Assembly: GCA_964490075.1 (NCBI GenBank)
Contig: CAZBBK010000001.1
Location: 248,001 to 276,304 of the forward strand
DNA: 28,304 nucleotides
Source: an uncultured Gemmatimonadota bacterium
Lineage (GTDB): Bacteria; GCA-2686955
Reading direction: 5' to 3'
How positions within the stretch are numbered: position 1 is the stretch's first letter; every line of letters begins with the position of its first letter. The position numbers and the translations under genes were made by a program. Positions 25,159-28,304 of the stretch are shown one piece after another. The notes beneath the pieces are model-generated. The model was not told the DNA's origin. It searched no databases and saw nothing but the letters and a program-made list of their open reading frames with translations.

Positions 25159-26874
25159 ATGCAACAGGCAACGATCCCGGCCCCTCGTCCGATCACCCGC
25201 CCGCTCTGGCTGCTGGCCGGACTGCTCTCTCTCTCCTGCGCCGGCTCGCCCCACTCTCAGGCCGCCCCCGCGGCGGCCACCGATCACCCCTCCCGCCCCC
25301 TGCTCGCCGCCCCTGCCTACCCGCTGGTCGGCCTGGTCCAGGCCGATCCCACTCTGCGCGACAAGGAGATCACCGCCGCCTTCGACCCCGCCTCGATCGC
25401 CGAGCTGCGCCACTACCAGTTCATCTACCGCACCGACAACGATCTCCTGAAGGCGGTGCGCAAGGCGGTGCGCAAGGCCGAGCTCGACCTGAGGGTGCTG
25501 GTCTACATCGGCAGCAACTACACCTCCGGCCGCCGCGAGCTGGCGGCGATCGAAAGCCCCGCCAATCGCAAGGCAGTGGCGATGATCGACGTGGCGACCC
25601 TGGCCGAGCCGATCGACTCGGCCACCCAGACCGAGGTGGCGCTGCGCTACTCCGGCGAGCCGCCGATCCACGCCTCGACCACGCGGCGCAGCGAGCTGAC
25701 CGACCCCAAGCGCTTCGACTTCTGGATCCGAATCGACGACGAGCTGATGCGCGTGCTCTCCGTCGACTCCGCGGCGCGGCGCCTGAGCGTCGAGCGCGGC
25801 CTGGACTCTTCCCCGGTCCCCCACCCGGCCGGCGCACCGGTCCTGGCGCCCTGCTACCGCGGCAACCGCCGCGAAGGGGACAACCTGCAGAAACGTCGCA
25901 CCGACGGCTACCCCAACGCCCGGGTCGAGCGCGGCAGCCCCTTCCGGCTCTCCTACGCGCTGGATGCGGGCGCCGCCGAGACCCGCGAGCTGATGGCGCG
26001 ACGGGTCGGCGGAATCATGCGGCGCGGCAACGACGGCGTGTGGATCGACAACTTCAAGCCGGTGGGCAACTGGATGTGCGACGCGCTCGGAGCGCGCGCG
26101 GGCCACCCCTGGAACCACGCCGCCGACCGGCGCTACACCGACGCCGAGCTGACCGACGCCCTGCTCGAGCTGCTCGGCGATCTGCGGCAGCGCGCCCGGC
26201 GCGACCTGGAGCGCCCGATCTACCTGGCCGCCAACGGCATCGCCGGAATCTACGACCAGCCCGCCGCGCGCCGCCTGTGCCGCTCCGAGCGGGATCCACG
26301 CGGTCTCGACGTCTTCGCCTTCGAGGACTCCTTCGTCAAGCCCTACCCGATCGACCCCAAGCGCGGCCAGATCGAGTTCCGGGCCAACCCGCGAAAGCGC
26401 TACCTGGGGCGGGTCACGGCGCTGCAAGACGCTGCGCGGCGCGGTCTGCCGGCGGTCGCCATGACCACCGCGGCCGGCGCGCTGGGCGCCTTCTTCACAC
26501 CGGAGCTGCCCAACTACGAGGCGCTGGAGCGCTTCGGCTGGTGCTCCTTCCTGCTCACCGTGAGCGCCGAACGGACCACCATCTTCGGCCGCCCCGTGGT
26601 GTTCCTCGCCCGCGGCGGCGAGCTCGCGACACCGCCCCTGGGTCCTCACTACTTCCTCGACCTCGGCGATCCGCTCGAGGACCGCTCGCTGGCCGACTAC
26701 TCCGTCGCGGAGGACTGCTACGCGCGGGAGTTCGAGAACGCGCTGGTGCTGGTCAATGCCGGGACTCGTCCGCGCCGGATCCAGGTGCCGGAGTCCCTGC
26801 GCAGGGCGCTCGGGATGGAGGAGCTGACGATCGACGCCGCCGATGGCCGGATCCTGATGAAACGGCGGGGCTGA
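25159..26874 (+). CDS. Putative glycoside hydrolase (hypothetical GHL15-like TIM barrel), probable lipoprotein
   Basis: LSLSC lipobox-like motif; DGVWIDN, FAFED and DLGDP...YAREFENALVLVN; GGAGG RBS. Confidence 0.75.
   Translation: MQQATIPAPRPITRPLWLLAGLLSLSCAGSPHSQAAPAAATDHPSRPLLAAPAYPLVGLVQADPTLRDKEITAAFDPASIAELRHYQFIYRTDNDLLKAVRKAVRKAELDLRVLVYIGSNYTSGRRELAAIESPANRKAVAMIDVATLAEPIDSATQTEVALRYSGEPPIHASTTRRSELTDPKRFDFWIRIDDELMRVLSVDSAARRLSVERGLDSSPVPHPAGAPVLAPCYRGNRREGDNLQKRRTDGYPNARVERGSPFRLSYALDAGAAETRELMARRVGGIMRRGNDGVWIDNFKPVGNWMCDALGARAGHPWNHAADRRYTDAELTDALLELLGDLRQRARRDLERPIYLAANGIAGIYDQPAARRLCRSERDPRGLDVFAFEDSFVKPYPIDPKRGQIEFRANPRKRYLGRVTALQDAARRGLPAVAMTTAAGALGAFFTPELPNYEALERFGWCSFLLTVSAERTTIFGRPVVFLARGGELATPPLGPHYFLDLGDPLEDRSLADYSVAEDCYAREFENALVLVNAGTRPRRIQVPESLRRALGMEELTIDAADGRILMKRRG
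25450..25478 (+). repeat. 12-bp in-frame tandem repeat (KAVR x2.4)
   Basis: AAGGCGGTGCGC AAGGCGGTGCGC AAGGC. Confidence 0.85.
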
Positions 26875-26894
26875 GCGCCGCGCCGCCCGCGCCG

Positions 26895-26903
26895 TGCTAC
26901 ACT
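26895..26903 (+). promoter_or_regulatory. Extended -10 promoter candidate for the CotH-family gene
   Basis: TGCTACACT (TGn-TACACT) about 140 nt upstream of ATG 27044. Confidence 0.5.
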
Positions 26904-27043
26904 CCCCCCGCTGAGGTGGTGTGCGGGTTCCGGGGTGTCATACCCCACGTCGACCGAGACGGTCGCCGCAGAGGAGGAGATCGGTCGCCGGCTGTCTGAA
27001 GTGTCGGTGTCTCGACGGTGTCGAGAGTAGGTGGAGAGAAGAT

Positions 27044-28303
27044 ATGCTGAGCAACGCTCCCAATGGGATCGGTGGTGGCCGCTCGTGCGTGCGGCAGATC
27101 GCTCTTACGCTGAGTGTCTGGGCCAGTGCGTCTTCCGCCGCACACGCGCAGGTGGCATTCAACTGCCGTTCCGATATCGCGGTTCCGGCGCTCGACAGCC
27201 TGGTGTATGCGGCCGACATCGAGTGGCGGCCCGGCGCCGCGGGCGGCCATGTCGGCGGGACGGCCTTGTGGTGGGAAGGCGGCGGACTGTGGCACGACGG
27301 CCCCCTCGAAGAGCAGAAGCTCTACAAGGAGGTGCGCACGGGCGAGCACAGCTACCGCTTCGCGACCGAGCCGGGCAGCTACGAGCTCACCCTGCGCCTG
27401 GTCGAGCTCTTCGCCAACGGACCCGAGCACTGGCTGGTGGAGATCGGCGTCGACGGTCAGCCGCTGGTTGCCGGCCCGGATCTCCATGGCGAGGTCGGCA
27501 AGCTGCGCAGCTTCGATCTGCGCCGCGGCGTTGGCGCCGGCGACTCGATTCTCGAGGTGAGCCTCGCGCCCAGCTCCGACAGCCTCGCCCTGGCGGCGAT
27601 CGCTCTGCGGCCCCTCGCCACGCCGCCGCCGCCCCGCCCGCCCGTGGTCCAGCCACGCGTCGAGCCGACCTACGGTGGCGCCCTGGTACGCTGGAAGCAA
27701 CCCGCTCCAGAGCATCTCGACGGCTACCTCGTCACCGTCGAGGACGCCTGGGGAGACACGCTCAGCCGCCAGACCACCCACCGCGCCCATGTCGTGGTCG
27801 ACGCCGACCCCGACCACACCTACCGGGTGCTTCCCGTCGACTCGATGGGACGGCCCGGCGCCGAGGTGTCCGGTGCCGGCGTGGCCGCGAAGCCACTCGA
27901 CGACTCCGATCTGCGACTCATGGAGCTGCTCGTCGCGGAGCCCGATCTGCGCGCCATGGAGCGGGCGCTGCGCGCGCGGCTGCGGGTGCCCGCCGAGCTG
28001 ATCGCCGAGGGCGTCCCGCGCCTGGGAACTCTCAACTTTCGCGGCGGCTCCAGCCTCGTGGCCCCCAAGAAGTCCTTCAAGTTCCGGATCGACTCCGGCC
28101 CCGACGTCGACGGCTCCGACGTCGTCGCGCTGGCCTCCAATTTCAGCGACCGCTCCCTCTTCGGAGAGATCCTGGCCCACGACCTGATGGTCGCCATCGG
28201 CCATACCCCCTACAGCGCCCGTCCCACCCGGCTCCTGCTGAACGGCACCTACGCCGGCGTCTTCACCACCATCGAAGAGCCCGACGAGGACTACCTGGAA
28301 CGG
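27044..28303 (+). CDS. Secreted malectin-like + FN3 + CotH-family kinase protein (3'-truncated by window edge; absent from the ORF track)
   Basis: Manual translation from ATG 27044 (GGAG RBS): signal peptide ending in AHA; malectin-like LYKEVRTGEHSYRFATEPGSYELTLRLVE; FN3-like VRWKQP...GYLV...YRVLPVD; CotH motifs FRGGSS...PKKSFKF...DRSLFGEILA...LNGTYAGVFTTIEEPDEDYL. Confidence 0.9.
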   Translation, partial: MLSNAPNGIGGGRSCVRQIALTLSVWASASSAAHAQVAFNCRSDIAVPALDSLVYAADIEWRPGAAGGHVGGTALWWEGGGLWHDGPLEEQKLYKEVRTGEHSYRFATEPGSYELTLRLVELFANGPEHWLVEIGVDGQPLVAGPDLHGEVGKLRSFDLRRGVGAGDSILEVSLAPSSDSLALAAIALRPLATPPPPRPPVVQPRVEPTYGGALVRWKQPAPEHLDGYLVTVEDAWGDTLSRQTTHRAHVVVDADPDHTYRVLPVDSMGRPGAEVSGAGVAAKPLDDSDLRLMELLVAEPDLRAMERALRARLRVPAELIAEGVPRLGTLNFRGGSSLVAPKKSFKFRIDSGPDVDGSDVVALASNFSDRSLFGEILAHDLMVAIGHTPYSARPTRLLLNGTYAGVFTTIEEPDEDYLER

Positions 28304-28304
28304 A

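Noticed and set aside
25450-25478. 12-bp tandem repeat as a phase-variation switch
   Set aside because: The unit is a multiple of 3 with only about 2.4 copies, so a copy change would not shift the frame.
24337-28204. ORFs 24337..26649 and 26897..28204 on -
   Set aside because: Antisense shadows of the beta-helix, GHL15-like and CotH genes.

Overview
High-GC (roughly 65-70% by eye) bacterial chromosomal window with about 23 genes, probably from a diderm organism (it encodes an outer-membrane barrel and lipoproteins); the lineage cannot be fixed from sequence alone. It is rich in secreted proteins: three right-handed beta-helix proteins, an FG-GAP/VCBS repeat protein, a GH13 amylase, a GHL15-like glycosidase and a malectin-FN3-CotH kinase that runs off the right edge. 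I saw no rRNA, tRNA, CRISPR array or mobile element. Main points: (1) a translationally coupled TetR / radical SAM / tandem DUF2878-like membrane protein operon with a perfect palindromic operator over the TetR start; (2) a secreted DUF6345 caspase-fold (His-Gly...Ser-Cys) protein followed by a secreted partner resembling a peptidase propeptide, upstream of a GAF histidine kinase and REC-PP2C pair; (3) three disrupted reading frames that the ORF track hides: an in-frame TGA at 741, two in-frame TAGs at 6731 and 6749, and a probable 4-nt duplication frameshift at 19079. All family assignments are from motif recognition, not database searches.
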